NCBI RefSeq assembly: GCF_045037415.1
Contig: NZ_CP173438.1
DNA from: Escherichia coli
GTDB taxonomy: Bacteria; Pseudomonadota; Gammaproteobacteria; Enterobacterales; Enterobacteriaceae
Direction: 5' to 3' (one strand)
Length of the DNA: 64,000 nt
The notes under the pieces were generated by a model that was given only the letters and a program-made list of their open reading frames with translations, was not told the origin of the DNA and did no database searches. Shown here piece by piece: positions 20,899 through 29,781 of the stretch. Position numbers and translations under genes: made by a program. The first letter of the stretch is position 1; the number at the start of each line of letters is the position of its first letter.

Positions 20899-21540
20899 TG
20901 CGCCGTGAATGATTTCGGGTTTCCACGCCCGGCACCCGTTTTATGAGGTGCAGGTGCACTATAATTCCACCCGTTCTGGTTTTCAATAGCTACATTCAAC
21001 ATTTTCTCTACCTTTCATCACCGAAGTGAACTTTGTTGATGCGGTGCCTGGTGCCTCCAGGTGACGTTAACCAGTTAACAATTAACGCCGGATACAGAGA
21101 ATCCACCCATAACACTGTTTTTGGTTTTAACTGTTCCGCGTGCGCTTAGCCGCATTCACCGCATCACAAAATTCACTTTAAAAAGGGCGGCAGAGCAGTC
21201 ACGGAGTAGAACTGATACCGCCAAAAGTCACCAGAAAATTGATAACAGAGGGCGTTGCAGCGGGGTTGTCACTTAAGCGTATGGTCAACCTGACAACCCG
21301 GTGTCCTCAACGGGGGAAGGAATAACCCCGCCATACTTACCGCCGCGCCATTTCGCGGATTGCCACAACCGGAAGCGCACGGTCGACGAAAATTTAACGA
21401 CTACCTACAGAGAGACGAACTTCGCCGTGCGCTTTCGCGTTATGCCCTGACTTTTCAGGGATATATCCTTTTCAGTAAACTGTCAGTGCCGGATTCTTAT
21501 CCGTGTCCGGCGCACGCACTCTACCTCACCTGTGAATAAA

Positions 21541-21927
21541 TTAATGATTAATTGATATTTTGTTGTTTGATTCAACTTTCCCATCGGATGTGTGATGCTT
21601 TAAATCACAGGAATTAATACTGCTTGCTGTAAAATGATTTTCAAGGGGAGCTATTCGAATCCCTTTCTTTTTCATTAACAAGCCAAATCCTTTATTAATG
21701 ATGTCCATTAATTCCAGGAAGTATTTTTCATGTAAATCCTGGTTATCAGAGAGCTGCTTCTCTTCGCACAGACCGATAAAGGCACGACGAACGTTACCGG
21801 ATATAGTATCGATGGTTTCTTTTTCTACGGTACTCAGGTCAAGAGTCGCCAGTTGGGAACGAACTATATTCGCTGCCATTTCCTGGAATGGTACTGGTAA
21901 ATCTTTAAATTCCATCGTCAACCTCAT
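21541..21927 (-). CDS. Hypothetical phage early protein
   Basis: 128-aa ORF in early-left operon, coupled by one-base overlap to the upstream ORF; no family assigned. Confidence 0.4.
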   Translation of the reverse strand: MRLTMEFKDLPVPFQEMAANIVRSQLATLDLSTVEKETIDTISGNVRRAFIGLCEEKQLSDNQDLHEKYFLELMDIINKGFGLLMKKKGIRIAPLENHFTASSINSCDLKHHTSDGKVESNNKISINH

Positions 21928-22133
21928 CAGTCAGTGTTTCTGGTTAACCAGCGACGCGCGCCAGCTTCAGTTTTAAACGTTTTGCTTCTGGTATACGTCA
22001 TCGCGGTAAACGTGCCGTCCTGGTTGGGAAACACGCCGCATACCAGAGATTCGTTGTTGCCAAGATCGATAGTATCCATGCTGACCTCATTTCCCCTTAA
22101 CGCCAGGGTAGCGGAACTGTTTGCTGAGAACAC
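21927..22133 (-). CDS. Hypothetical phage early protein
   Basis: 68-aa ORF, first gene leftward of the immunity region. Confidence 0.35.
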   Translation of the reverse strand: MFSANSSATLALRGNEVSMDTIDLGNNESLVCGVFPNQDGTFTAMTYTRSKTFKTEAGARRWLTRNTD

Positions 22134-22158
22134 CGTGCGGTGTCTTGATGAGTAGAAT

Positions 22159-22172
22159 TTAGAATAATCTAA
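22159..22172. promoter_or_regulatory. Putative operator TTAGAATAATCTAA (TTAG-N6-CTAA palindrome), left operator
   Basis: Same 14-bp palindromic pattern as two sites in the repressor/cro intergenic region. Confidence 0.4.
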
Positions 22173-22286
22173 GAATTGTGGTCAAGCTTTTTGTGTAGAA
22201 AAACCTAAGTTTTTTTGATGTAAAAAACACAATCATTTGAAAGTTTGTGCTTTTTATTACAGAGAGTGGCGAAAAAAAAGGGGGGG

Positions 22287-22694
22287 TTATTTATTTGCGC
22301 TTCTTTTGCGAGCTTTGAGTAGTTCTTCAAAAAGTTTGTTGAAATTCTCAACTCGAGCACGCATCTCTGACAACAGAGCCTTTTGCTCTGACTCAGGCAG
22401 TGCGTCGAACAGTTGAAGCAACTCTTTTTGATCTTCTGTCAGATTAACTGGCTGATTATCTGGGATCGGTTCGCCTGGTTGCTTATCTTCATCTCCAAAA
22501 AGAAGCCAAGTCGGCGAGCACTGAAGCGCCTGGCTCAGTGCGAATAATCTCTTCCCCGCTGGCTGTGTTTCATCTCTTTCCCATTGAGAAATTGTTACGT
22601 GAGCCACTTTGACCAGCTTACCTAATGCGGCCTGAGACAGTTTTAATTTTTTACGCCTGTATAAGAGGCGAGCACCGAAGGTTTCGTTTTTCAT
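22287..22694 (-). CDS. Phage repressor, XRE/CI-type helix-turn-helix
   Basis: 135-aa ORF; N-terminal HTH SQAALGKLVKVAHVTISQWERDETQP; divergent from a Cro-like gene. Confidence 0.75.
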   Translation of the reverse strand: MKNETFGARLLYRRKKLKLSQAALGKLVKVAHVTISQWERDETQPAGKRLFALSQALQCSPTWLLFGDEDKQPGEPIPDNQPVNLTEDQKELLQLFDALPESEQKALLSEMRARVENFNKLFEELLKARKRSANK

Positions 22695-22695
22695 A

Positions 22696-22709
22696 TTAGG
22701 TAATTCTAA
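22696..22709. promoter_or_regulatory. Putative operator TTAGGTAATTCTAA abutting repressor start codon
   Basis: TTAG-N6-CTAA palindrome; a TTGACT -35-like hexamer follows at 22716-22721. Confidence 0.4.
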
Positions 22710-22746
22710 TTTTTCTTGACTTAGGTTTCTCTACGATCTAGTTTCC

Positions 22747-22760
22747 TTAGGAAAATCTAA
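22747..22760. promoter_or_regulatory. Putative operator TTAGGAAAATCTAA just upstream of cro RBS
   Basis: Third TTAG-N6-CTAA palindrome, immediately 5' of GGAG and ATG 22771. Confidence 0.4.
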
Positions 22761-22770
22761 GGAGTTCGAT

Positions 22771-22998
22771 ATGTTGAAAATTGATGCTATAGCGTTTTTT
22801 GGCAGCAAAACAAAGCTTGCCAATGCCGCAGGAGTTAGGCTGGCAAGCGTTGCTGCATGGGGGAAACTGGTTCCTGAAGGTCGCGCGATGCGTCTACAGG
22901 AGGCATCCGGCGGGGAACTTCAGTACGACCCCAAAGTTTATGACGAATATCGTAAGGCAAAGCGGGCGGGGCGGTTGAACAATGAAAATCACCCCTGA
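22771..22998 (+). CDS. Cro-like / YdaS-like small DNA-binding protein
   Basis: 75-aa ORF divergent from repressor with GGAG RBS; first gene of rightward early operon. Confidence 0.6.
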   Translation: MLKIDAIAFFGSKTKLANAAGVRLASVAAWGKLVPEGRAMRLQEASGGELQYDPKVYDEYRKAKRAGRLNNENHP

Positions 22999-23533
22999 AC
23001 AGGTTTGTGAGGCTCTGGATGCCTGGGTATGTCGACCAGGAATGACACAGGAGCAAGCGACGATATTAATCACGGAAGCATTCTGGGCTCTGAAAGAACG
23101 CCCGAACATCGATGTTCAACGCGTCACGTTTAATGATGGCGAGGTTGATCAACGGGCGCTGGGCGTTAACCGGGTGAAGATATTCGAACGCTGGAAAGCT
23201 ATCGACACCAGGGATAAGCGGAAAAAATTCACGGCGCTGATTCCGGCAATTATGGAGGCTATCCGAATTAGTGATTTCAGGTTGTATCGTGAGATCAGTG
23301 ATGGAAAAAGCATTACGTACATGATCGCCGGATTAAACAAAGAATATGGCGATGTGGTGGAGTCCGGGTTGCTTTTTGCGGATCCAGCTGTTGTGGAACG
23401 TGAGACTGACGAGCTTATAGAAAAAGCTATTGCTTTCAAGCATGCGTATCGTCAGCAATATCAATATTACTTTGCAGATAAACAAATGTCTGCCAGGGGT
23501 TTGTATGAGTATCGATGCACTACGATGGGCTAA
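22982..23533 (+). CDS. YdaT-like / CII-position regulatory protein
   Basis: 183-aa ORF overlapping cro-like stop; position equivalent to lambda cII or Rac ydaT; family assignment by recall only. Confidence 0.45.
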   Translation: MKITPEQVCEALDAWVCRPGMTQEQATILITEAFWALKERPNIDVQRVTFNDGEVDQRALGVNRVKIFERWKAIDTRDKRKKFTALIPAIMEAIRISDFRLYREISDGKSITYMIAGLNKEYGDVVESGLLFADPAVVERETDELIEKAIAFKHAYRQQYQYYFADKQMSARGLYEYRCTTMG

Positions 23534-24545
23534 AAAGGTGAAAACCGGCAGTTCATCCAGTAAGTCTGTATTGACCTGGCTTGCTGATATGTGCGGTGCC
23601 GATTTGTGTGCATACCCGTCTGTATCTGCACTGGCAGAAGTAACGGAACTAAACAAAAAGACTGTGCAGGACAGCTTACGACACCTGATGGAGATTGGGT
23701 TAATTGTTGATACCGGTGAGAGAAAAGGCAGAACAAAGCAAATTGTGGTGTACCGACTTATCGGTGTAGAAGAAAGTGTTGCCGAGCCTGAATACACCCA
23801 AAAACGGGAGTCTTTAAAGGTGGGTAAAATTGGTGCTGTTAATAAAAACAGTACCGAAAATGGTTATGTTTCAGCACAAAACAGACCCAAAAATGGAACT
23901 CTTAGCTGCATGGAAAATAACCAAAGACACCCAAATTTTCCATCAAAGACACCCAAAAACGGATCACGGAACCCAAAGGAACCCAAAGATCTAAACCCCA
24001 CACATAACGCACGCGAGAGTGCTCCGACCAGTGAGCAGGAAGTTTTGTCGTTACAGGCAGCACCCCTTGTATTCCTGGATGGCCTGAGCGAACCCATCGG
24101 AAAATTTCCGATGACCGATAGCTGGTATCCGTCACGGGATTTTCGACGACGGGCTGCGTTGTGGGGGATGGCTTTGCCGGAGACAGAATTTACACCTGCT
24201 GAACTTGCCGCCTTCCGGGACTACTGGGCAGCGGAGGGGAAAGTGTTTACGCAGATTCAGTGGGAGCAGAAATTCGCCCGTCACGTAAATCACGTCAGGG
24301 CGCAGGTTAAACCAGTCAGCAAGGGGGTAAACCATGCAGCAGCACCAGGTGGCACCGCATCACGGGCAGTTCAGGAAATTCGGGCAGCACGTGAGCAGTG
24401 GGAACGTGAAAACGGATTTATCAGCGACGGAAACAGTCTGGAAGCTGTGGGAACTCATGGGGGAGGTTTATTCGAACCGCTGGACCCAGAAGAACGGGGC
24501 CGCACCTTCGAAGCTCTGGATTGCACAGATTGGCGCGATGACTGA
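23505..24545 (+). CDS. Phage replication initiation protein (N-terminal winged-helix DNA-binding domain)
   Basis: Start chosen at MSIDALRWAKK; N-terminal domain typical of phage replication O-like/primosomal proteins; position after cro/cII-like genes. Confidence 0.55.
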   Translation: MSIDALRWAKKVKTGSSSSKSVLTWLADMCGADLCAYPSVSALAEVTELNKKTVQDSLRHLMEIGLIVDTGERKGRTKQIVVYRLIGVEESVAEPEYTQKRESLKVGKIGAVNKNSTENGYVSAQNRPKNGTLSCMENNQRHPNFPSKTPKNGSRNPKEPKDLNPTHNARESAPTSEQEVLSLQAAPLVFLDGLSEPIGKFPMTDSWYPSRDFRRRAALWGMALPETEFTPAELAAFRDYWAAEGKVFTQIQWEQKFARHVNHVRAQVKPVSKGVNHAAAPGGTASRAVQEIRAAREQWERENGFISDGNSLEAVGTHGGGLFEPLDPEERGRTFEALDCTDWRDD

Positions 24546-24999
24546 GCAGCAAATCCGACAGGTCTGCCGCCAGTGCATGGACCGCTGCCGGGCGGGTGAA
24601 ACATGGCCTCCGGACCTGGCTGAGTTTGTGGCGCTGATTTCAGAAAGCGGGGCCAATCCATTTGGCCTGACGGTGGATGCTGTGATGGAGGAGTACCGCC
24701 GCTGGCGTGATGAGTCCTGGCGATATGACGGAAGCGACAAATATCCGTGGCCTCAGCCTGTGCTGTACCACATCTGCCTCGAAATGCGTACCAGAGGGAT
24801 TGAGCGCCAGATGACGCAGGGTGAGTTAAAACGACTTGCGGAACGGCAACTGACGAAATGGGCAAAGCATGTTGGTAACGGGATGAGTGTTCCGCCAGTG
24901 CGACGACAACTGGAAGGGGCGAAACACCCGCAAGGGCCAACGCCAATTGAACGGCTGAAACAGGAATACGAACGCCGGAAGGCAGCTGGTTTTATTTGA
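24538..24999 (+). CDS. Hypothetical protein, possibly replication-associated
   Basis: ATG 24538 overlaps upstream stop (ATGACTGA coupling); Cys-rich segment CRQCMDRCRAGE; the longer track ORF from 24334 overlaps the previous gene out of frame. Confidence 0.4.
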   Translation: MTEQQIRQVCRQCMDRCRAGETWPPDLAEFVALISESGANPFGLTVDAVMEEYRRWRDESWRYDGSDKYPWPQPVLYHICLEMRTRGIERQMTQGELKRLAERQLTKWAKHVGNGMSVPPVRRQLEGAKHPQGPTPIERLKQEYERRKAAGFI

Positions 25000-25032
25000 A
25001 TCTGAGAAACGATTTTGTCGGAGGAAATTTTA

Positions 25033-25803
25033 ATGGAAACCGTATTTGACGCACTGAAAGCAATGGGAAAAGCCACATCGGTAGAACTGGCCGCGCGACT
25101 TGATATCAGTCGTGAAGAGGTTCTCAACGAGCTGTGGGAACTCAAAAGAAATGGCGTCGTTGATAAAACTGGTCACACCTGGTTTCTGGCTGGCGAAGGT
25201 GAATCCCGGGTAACCGAAGAGCGGCCAGTAAAATCTGAAGCACAGGATATGCTGACCGGGGAGGTCGAACAAAAAGTTACCGCAGACATGATGATTGAGT
25301 TTATCGGTCAGGATGGTGCTAAAACGTGTGAGGAACTGGCGGGTAAGTTCGGCGTCAGTACTCGCAAGGTTGCCTCCACGCTGGCGGTGGTAACCGCAAC
25401 GGGGCGGCTGGCACGCGTTAATCAGAACGGTAAATTTCGTTACTGCATGCCGGGCGATAATTTACCAGCAGAGCCGAAAGCCGCGCTGGTAACGGAAAGT
25501 GATGGTAAGGCCTTTCCTCAGCCAGCAGGTGCTGCGTTACCAGTCCGGGAAGCCGCAACACAGGAAGAAATTAAAACAGAAACTGTGGCGGACATTGTGC
25601 AGCCGTTGCCATCGTTTACCGAAACGCAAGCAGATGAGCTGATTTTTCCGTCCCTTCGCAGGGCAAACCTGGCGCTGCGCAGGGCGAAAAGTGATGTTCA
25701 GAAGTGGGAGCGAGTCTGCGCCGCGCTGCGGGAGCTGAACAAGCACCAGGATATTGTTCGACAGATTGTCGATTCATCCGGTCGTATTGTGTCGGAAAAG
25801 TGA
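25033..25803 (+). CDS. Hypothetical phage protein with N-terminal winged-helix-like segment
   Basis: ATG 25033 with GGAGGA 8 nt upstream; track start 25015 is an alternative TTG. Confidence 0.45.
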   Translation: METVFDALKAMGKATSVELAARLDISREEVLNELWELKRNGVVDKTGHTWFLAGEGESRVTEERPVKSEAQDMLTGEVEQKVTADMMIEFIGQDGAKTCEELAGKFGVSTRKVASTLAVVTATGRLARVNQNGKFRYCMPGDNLPAEPKAALVTESDGKAFPQPAGAALPVREAATQEEIKTETVADIVQPLPSFTETQADELIFPSLRRANLALRRAKSDVQKWERVCAALRELNKHQDIVRQIVDSSGRIVSEK

Positions 25804-25818
25804 TTGCCGGAGACGCTT

Positions 25819-26211
25819 ATGGCAAAAGTATTTACACCAGAAGAGCGGGAAGAAGTGAAGGCGCGCATTGTGGAATTCGTGCGCCTGAGCGGACGAGAAA
25901 CTTTTCGACAACTGGCAGATAAAACGGGTGTCAGTAAGACCGCTATTCGTCGTTTATCTGGTGCGCTTGCGGCCAGTGGTGATGTCTGGCTCTCTGGTTG
26001 CGGGGTATTTCCATCAGAGCAGGCGTATCGCGTATGGCGTAAGACACCGGAGAAGGCTGCTGACCCGACACTGATTCGAAAGTTACCTGACGGAGAAATA
26101 CGTCGTTACAACAGACGGCAGAACATAATTTGTCGTGAGTGCCGCCAGAGCGAAGTTATGCAGCGTGTGCTGGCGTTCTATCGGGGAAACTTTCAGGAGG
26201 TGATGGAGTGA
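25819..26211 (+). CDS. Hypothetical phage protein
   Basis: ORF starting MAKVFTPEE with GGAGA RBS. Confidence 0.4.
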   Translation: MAKVFTPEEREEVKARIVEFVRLSGRETFRQLADKTGVSKTAIRRLSGALAASGDVWLSGCGVFPSEQAYRVWRKTPEKAADPTLIRKLPDGEIRRYNRRQNIICRECRQSEVMQRVLAFYRGNFQEVME

Positions 26212-26504
26212 GGGTCAGAGTTTATATTGCCGGTCCAATGACGGGATATGAAAATTTCAACCGTGAGGCGTTTCACAAGGCGGAAGAGGAACTGAAACGG
26301 GAAGGGCATACCGTCTTAAACCCGGCAGTACTTCCGGACGGGCTGACACAGCCGCACTACATGGATATTTGCATGGCAATGATTCGTTGTGTGGATGCGA
26401 TTTACATGCTGAATGGCTGGCAGCGGTCAGCGGGCGCTAAGGCAGAGCTGGCACTGGCGGAGAAACTGGGGCATGCAGTGATTTATCAGGAGGTGGCTCA
26501 ATGA
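26208..26504 (+). CDS. DUF4406-like protein (nucleoside 2-deoxyribosyltransferase-like fold)
   Basis: GTG start with AGGAGG 7 nt upstream; motif VYIAGPMTG typical of this family by recall. Confidence 0.45.
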   Translation: MRVRVYIAGPMTGYENFNREAFHKAEEELKREGHTVLNPAVLPDGLTQPHYMDICMAMIRCVDAIYMLNGWQRSAGAKAELALAEKLGHAVIYQEVAQ

Positions 26505-26962
26505 GAGAGGTTAACTATGAGGCGCTTCGTGAGGCAGCACAAAACTATCAGTCGACGCTGGCGTGGTATCAGGCTATCCCGGACAGCCCAAATGCTGAAC
26601 GGGATTGTGATGCGGCTCTTGCTGCGTTTAAGCGTCACATCCGTCATCGGGAAGCGGATATTATCGCTGATTTGCTGGATGGACTGGAAGAAGCAAAATC
26701 ACAACTCAAAGAGCAGCGTGAGTATTACGAAGGCGTTATCTCTGATGGGAGCAAGCGTATTGCTGAACTGGAAGCGCGGGAAGTTCAATTACCGACTCGC
26801 TACGACCTTCGATATGGACACCCGATAAATGCAGATGAGCGACATGTCATGATACCTAAAGAAAATGGCAGTTGGCTTTACCTGATTGACCTAGAACACG
26901 CATTACGCGTCTCTGGCATTCGCATCAAAGGAGAGGAGCATGGAAATAAAACCAGAGGATGA
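26501..26962 (+). CDS. Hypothetical phage protein
   Basis: 153-aa ORF, translationally coupled. Confidence 0.4.
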   Translation: MREVNYEALREAAQNYQSTLAWYQAIPDSPNAERDCDAALAAFKRHIRHREADIIADLLDGLEEAKSQLKEQREYYEGVISDGSKRIAELEAREVQLPTRYDLRYGHPINADERHVMIPKENGSWLYLIDLEHALRVSGIRIKGEEHGNKTRG

Positions 26963-27296
26963 GTTAAGCAATATCGTTTTATTTCCGGTAAAAGAGGATG
27001 ACCCTCGTAATCAGGTTAATTTTCTTTATGAGCCATCGGAAAGACCATATTGTCATCACGCCTCTGTCCGGGTTGACGAAAAAGAGCGTCAGGTCCGCTG
27101 TAAAATCTGCGGTGCAGTTGTGGAGCCATTTGACTGGATGCTCTCTGTGGCGAAAAGAGAAACCAGACTGGCAGATGATGTAAGGCACTTGCGCCAGGAG
27201 GAGCGGGAAAGGCGAAAAAATATAGAAAAGCTAATTCAGATTGAGCGTAACGCGAAAGCGCGGATACGCAGGGCGACAAAATCCAGAACTGAATAA
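26940..27296 (+). CDS. Hypothetical phage protein with CxxC pair
   Basis: 118-aa ORF; CHH...CKICG possible zinc ribbon. Confidence 0.4.
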   Translation: MEIKPEDELSNIVLFPVKEDDPRNQVNFLYEPSERPYCHHASVRVDEKERQVRCKICGAVVEPFDWMLSVAKRETRLADDVRHLRQEERERRKNIEKLIQIERNAKARIRRATKSRTE

Positions 27297-27389
27297 TTAA
27301 ATTTAGCTCTGTTAAAAATTTAATCCTTAACCGGAGGGATTTCTGCACCCTCAGAACATCAGGAGGCCGCCCGAAAGGGCGGTAGTTAA

Positions 27390-27572
27390 ATGCGAAAGTT
27401 TAAAATAATTATTGAAACGGGAATAGCCGGTGGAGATTTCGAGAATGAATTCGAAGTGGATGATGATGCGACGCCTGATGAAATACATGACGAAGCAAAA
27501 GATATTTTCTTTAACTACTGCAATTACTCATATCACGAAATAAAAGACGAAGAGGAAGAGCAAAATGGCTGA
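27390..27572 (+). CDS. Small acidic hypothetical protein
   Basis: 60-aa ORF preceded by AGGAGG and a GC hairpin. Confidence 0.3.
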   Translation: MRKFKIIIETGIAGGDFENEFEVDDDATPDEIHDEAKDIFFNYCNYSYHEIKDEEEEQNG

Positions 27573-27741
27573 TTTTGGTTCAACTAAATACAACGTCAGT
27601 TTTGAAGCATGGCATGAACTGTTAATGGACTATGCAGAGTTACGTGGTGGCAGTGCTGCTGATGCTGAAGCATGGCGTGATGATTATGAAGCAGGAAAAA
27701 CTCCGGTCGAAGCATATTGTGATGAGTGGGGCGATGAATGA
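27565..27741 (+). CDS. Small hypothetical protein (58 aa, below track cutoff)
   Basis: ATG 27565 to TGA 27739-27741, coupled to neighbours on both sides. Confidence 0.3.
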   Translation: MADFGSTKYNVSFEAWHELLMDYAELRGGSAADAEAWRDDYEAGKTPVEAYCDEWGDE

Positions 27742-28253
27742 GCGAGATTAATTATCAGGAAGGGCATGAAACGGCAGGGCAGGCAAAACCAGTTGCATGG
27801 CGATATCGCTACGTGAAAAAAGACGTTACAGACTTTCAGGGGAAGCCGTGGGCTGGTGACTGGAAATATGTACCGACAAAAGAGGATTGTAACGACAGGC
27901 CGAACTATGAAATTCAGGCCTTATTCATCGGCCCGCCAGTCCCGGTGACATCAGAAGGACTGGTTAAAGCCGTGCGCTTTTATGAACAGGTAAAGCGTGA
28001 GAATCCGCCAGTCGAAACAGGAGCATGGAAGGATGCTGTTGACTGGGTGCTCAGAGAGGCCTGCTGCGCTGCCATTCTGGGTAAAGCCGACAATCCACCA
28101 GCATCCGGCAATCAGGTTAGCGAATTAACAATGTGGGTTAAACGACTGGTCAGTCAACTGAAAAAAGCTCAGCCGGACTGCAAATTACCGGAGAAGGCGA
28201 TGGATTACCTGAAACGAAATGGACTGATAAGCGTGGAGGATGTTTTACGATGA
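27738..28253 (+). CDS. Hypothetical phage protein
   Basis: 171-aa ORF. Confidence 0.4.
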   Translation: MSEINYQEGHETAGQAKPVAWRYRYVKKDVTDFQGKPWAGDWKYVPTKEDCNDRPNYEIQALFIGPPVPVTSEGLVKAVRFYEQVKRENPPVETGAWKDAVDWVLREACCAAILGKADNPPASGNQVSELTMWVKRLVSQLKKAQPDCKLPEKAMDYLKRNGLISVEDVLR

Positions 28254-28373
28254 ATATTTAGACTAAAGAGTTTGTAACGCTATGTAAGTGATTTTTTCTG
28301 GTTTAGATATTTATATGTCCGGCCAAATTGAGGTGTGTTTAAATGTTATTGCACATTGATTGTAGGGGGAATA

Positions 28374-28553
28374 ATGAAAAACGCATTGCAGTTTTTGTTT
28401 GTTGCGTTCTGGTTGTTCGCATCATGTATGCCCATCATCTTCACAGCAAGGTATATGGAAAAAATTGATGTTTTGATATTAATGTTTGGACATATAAATG
28501 CCCTTTTTTTAGGGGTGTTCATGGCGGTCATGTGCATTGAATACTGGCGGTAA
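28374..28553 (+). CDS. Small hydrophobic membrane protein (AT-rich moron)
   Basis: About 59 aa with two hydrophobic segments; low GC. Confidence 0.3.
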   Translation: MKNALQFLFVAFWLFASCMPIIFTARYMEKIDVLILMFGHINALFLGVFMAVMCIEYWR

Positions 28554-28755
28554 ATACAGCGAACGCCATTGGTTTAGTTGGATATTTACTGTGCCGGACA
28601 AAAACGGTTTGCGGGGAAATCTTAGTTAAGTAGAATAACTGCGGGTGCTTGAGGCTATCTGTCTCAGGCATGAACACCAAAAGGCAGATAGAGAAAAGCC
28701 CCAGTTAACATTACGCGTCCTGCAAGACGCTTAACATTAATCTGAGGCCATATCT

Positions 28756-28815
28756 ATGCGACACATAGAGATTAGCCTCTTACGGACCGAAAGGTCAAGG
28801 AGAAGCAGGCTATGA
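28756..28815 (+). other. Short leader ORF (19 codons) ending in TGA overlapping the hok-like start; mok-like coupling frame
   Basis: ATG 28756, stop TGA 28813-28815 overlapping ATG 28812. Confidence 0.3.
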
Positions 28816-28967
28816 AGCAGCAAAAGGCGATGTTAATCGCCCTGATCGTCATCTGTTTAACCGTCATAGTGACGGCACTGGTAACGAGGAAAGACCTCTG
28901 CGAGGTACGAATCCGAACCGGCCAGACGGAGGTCGCTGTCTTCACAGCTTACGAACCTGAGGAGTAA
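28812..28967 (+). CDS. hok: Hok/Gef-family type I toxin (51 aa)
   Basis: MKQQKAMLIALIVICLTVIVTALVTRKDLCEVRIRTGQTEVAVFTAYEPEE: single TM helix plus conserved C-terminal Hok motif; GGAGAAG RBS region. Confidence 0.85.
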   Translation: MKQQKAMLIALIVICLTVIVTALVTRKDLCEVRIRTGQTEVAVFTAYEPEE

Positions 28968-29035
28968 AGAACCCGGCGAGGGATAAATCCCTCGCCACCT
29001 CTGATGTGGCAGGCATCCTCAACGCACCCGCACTT

Positions 29036-29060
29036 AACCCGCTTCGGCGGGTTTTTGTTT
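29036..29060 (+). terminator. Rho-independent terminator after hok-like gene (UUCG tetraloop)
   Basis: CCCGC-TTCG-GCGGG followed by TTTTTGTTTTTATTTT. Confidence 0.6.
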
Positions 29061-29183
29061 TTATTTTCAACGCGTTTGAAGTTCTGGACGGTGCCGGAAT
29101 AGAATCAAAAATACTTAAGTAGCGCGCAGGGATAAGAGGGATGGTCCCTTAAAGGGGAGAGCTAATTATCCGGAAGGATTCTG

Positions 29184-29435
29184 ATGATGAACATCGAAGA
29201 ACTGCGTAAAATTTTTTGTGAAGATGGCCTCTATGCTGTGTGCGTTGAAAATGGAAATATTGTTAGTCATTACCGCATTGTGTGTTTGCAAAAAAATGGG
29301 GCTGCGTTAATTAATTTTGTGGATGCCCGAGTGACGGACGGATTTATCTTGCGCGACGGTGAGTTTGTCACTTCATTACAGGTATTGAAAGAGATCGGAA
29401 TAAAAGCTGGGTTTTCTGCTTTTTCAGAAGAATAA
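29184..29435 (+). CDS. Hypothetical protein
   Basis: 83-aa ORF. Confidence 0.4.
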   Translation: MMNIEELRKIFCEDGLYAVCVENGNIVSHYRIVCLQKNGAALINFVDARVTDGFILRDGEFVTSLQVLKEIGIKAGFSAFSEE

Positions 29436-29501
29436 ACTCATCTACAATCTTGCGCGGGGCTGAACTCCCGCTGAGTAACACCGTGCCACCGGAGAAAACC
29501 G

Positions 29502-29780
29502 ATGGCACGCAACGCAAAATATTACAAACATGATAATTCGACCGTTCTTGCCCACACGCACGAGCGGTATTCTCACGCATTTAAGTCAGACTGGTACCAG
29601 CATCCCCCATGCACTGAAGAACAGGCCGAATGGCTCATTCAGTGTTACCGCAGGCGCGGATGCGAGGTTAAAAAAGCCCTTAGCCTCGACTACCGTCACT
29701 GGATAATCTCCGTCAGGCTTCCTTACTCCGAACGCCCACCGCGTCTGTCCCGCACATTCCAGCAACGCATCTGGAGGTAA
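29502..29780 (+). CDS. Hypothetical protein
   Basis: 92-aa ORF. Confidence 0.4.
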   Translation: MARNAKYYKHDNSTVLAHTHERYSHAFKSDWYQHPPCTEEQAEWLIQCYRRRGCEVKKALSLDYRHWIISVRLPYSERPPRLSRTFQQRIWR

Positions 29781-29781
29781 C

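Noticed and set aside
20706-21002. Track ORF extending rha to 284 aa (start at 21002)
   Set aside because: The Rha motif begins about 16 aa after the internal ATG at 20705, which has a GGAGG RBS; the extension is low-complexity and overlaps the structured region and a terminator.
24334-24537. Long 5' extension of the ORF after the replication gene
   Set aside because: It overlaps the replication gene out of frame for about 200 nt; ATG 24538 forms an ATGA-type start/stop overlap.
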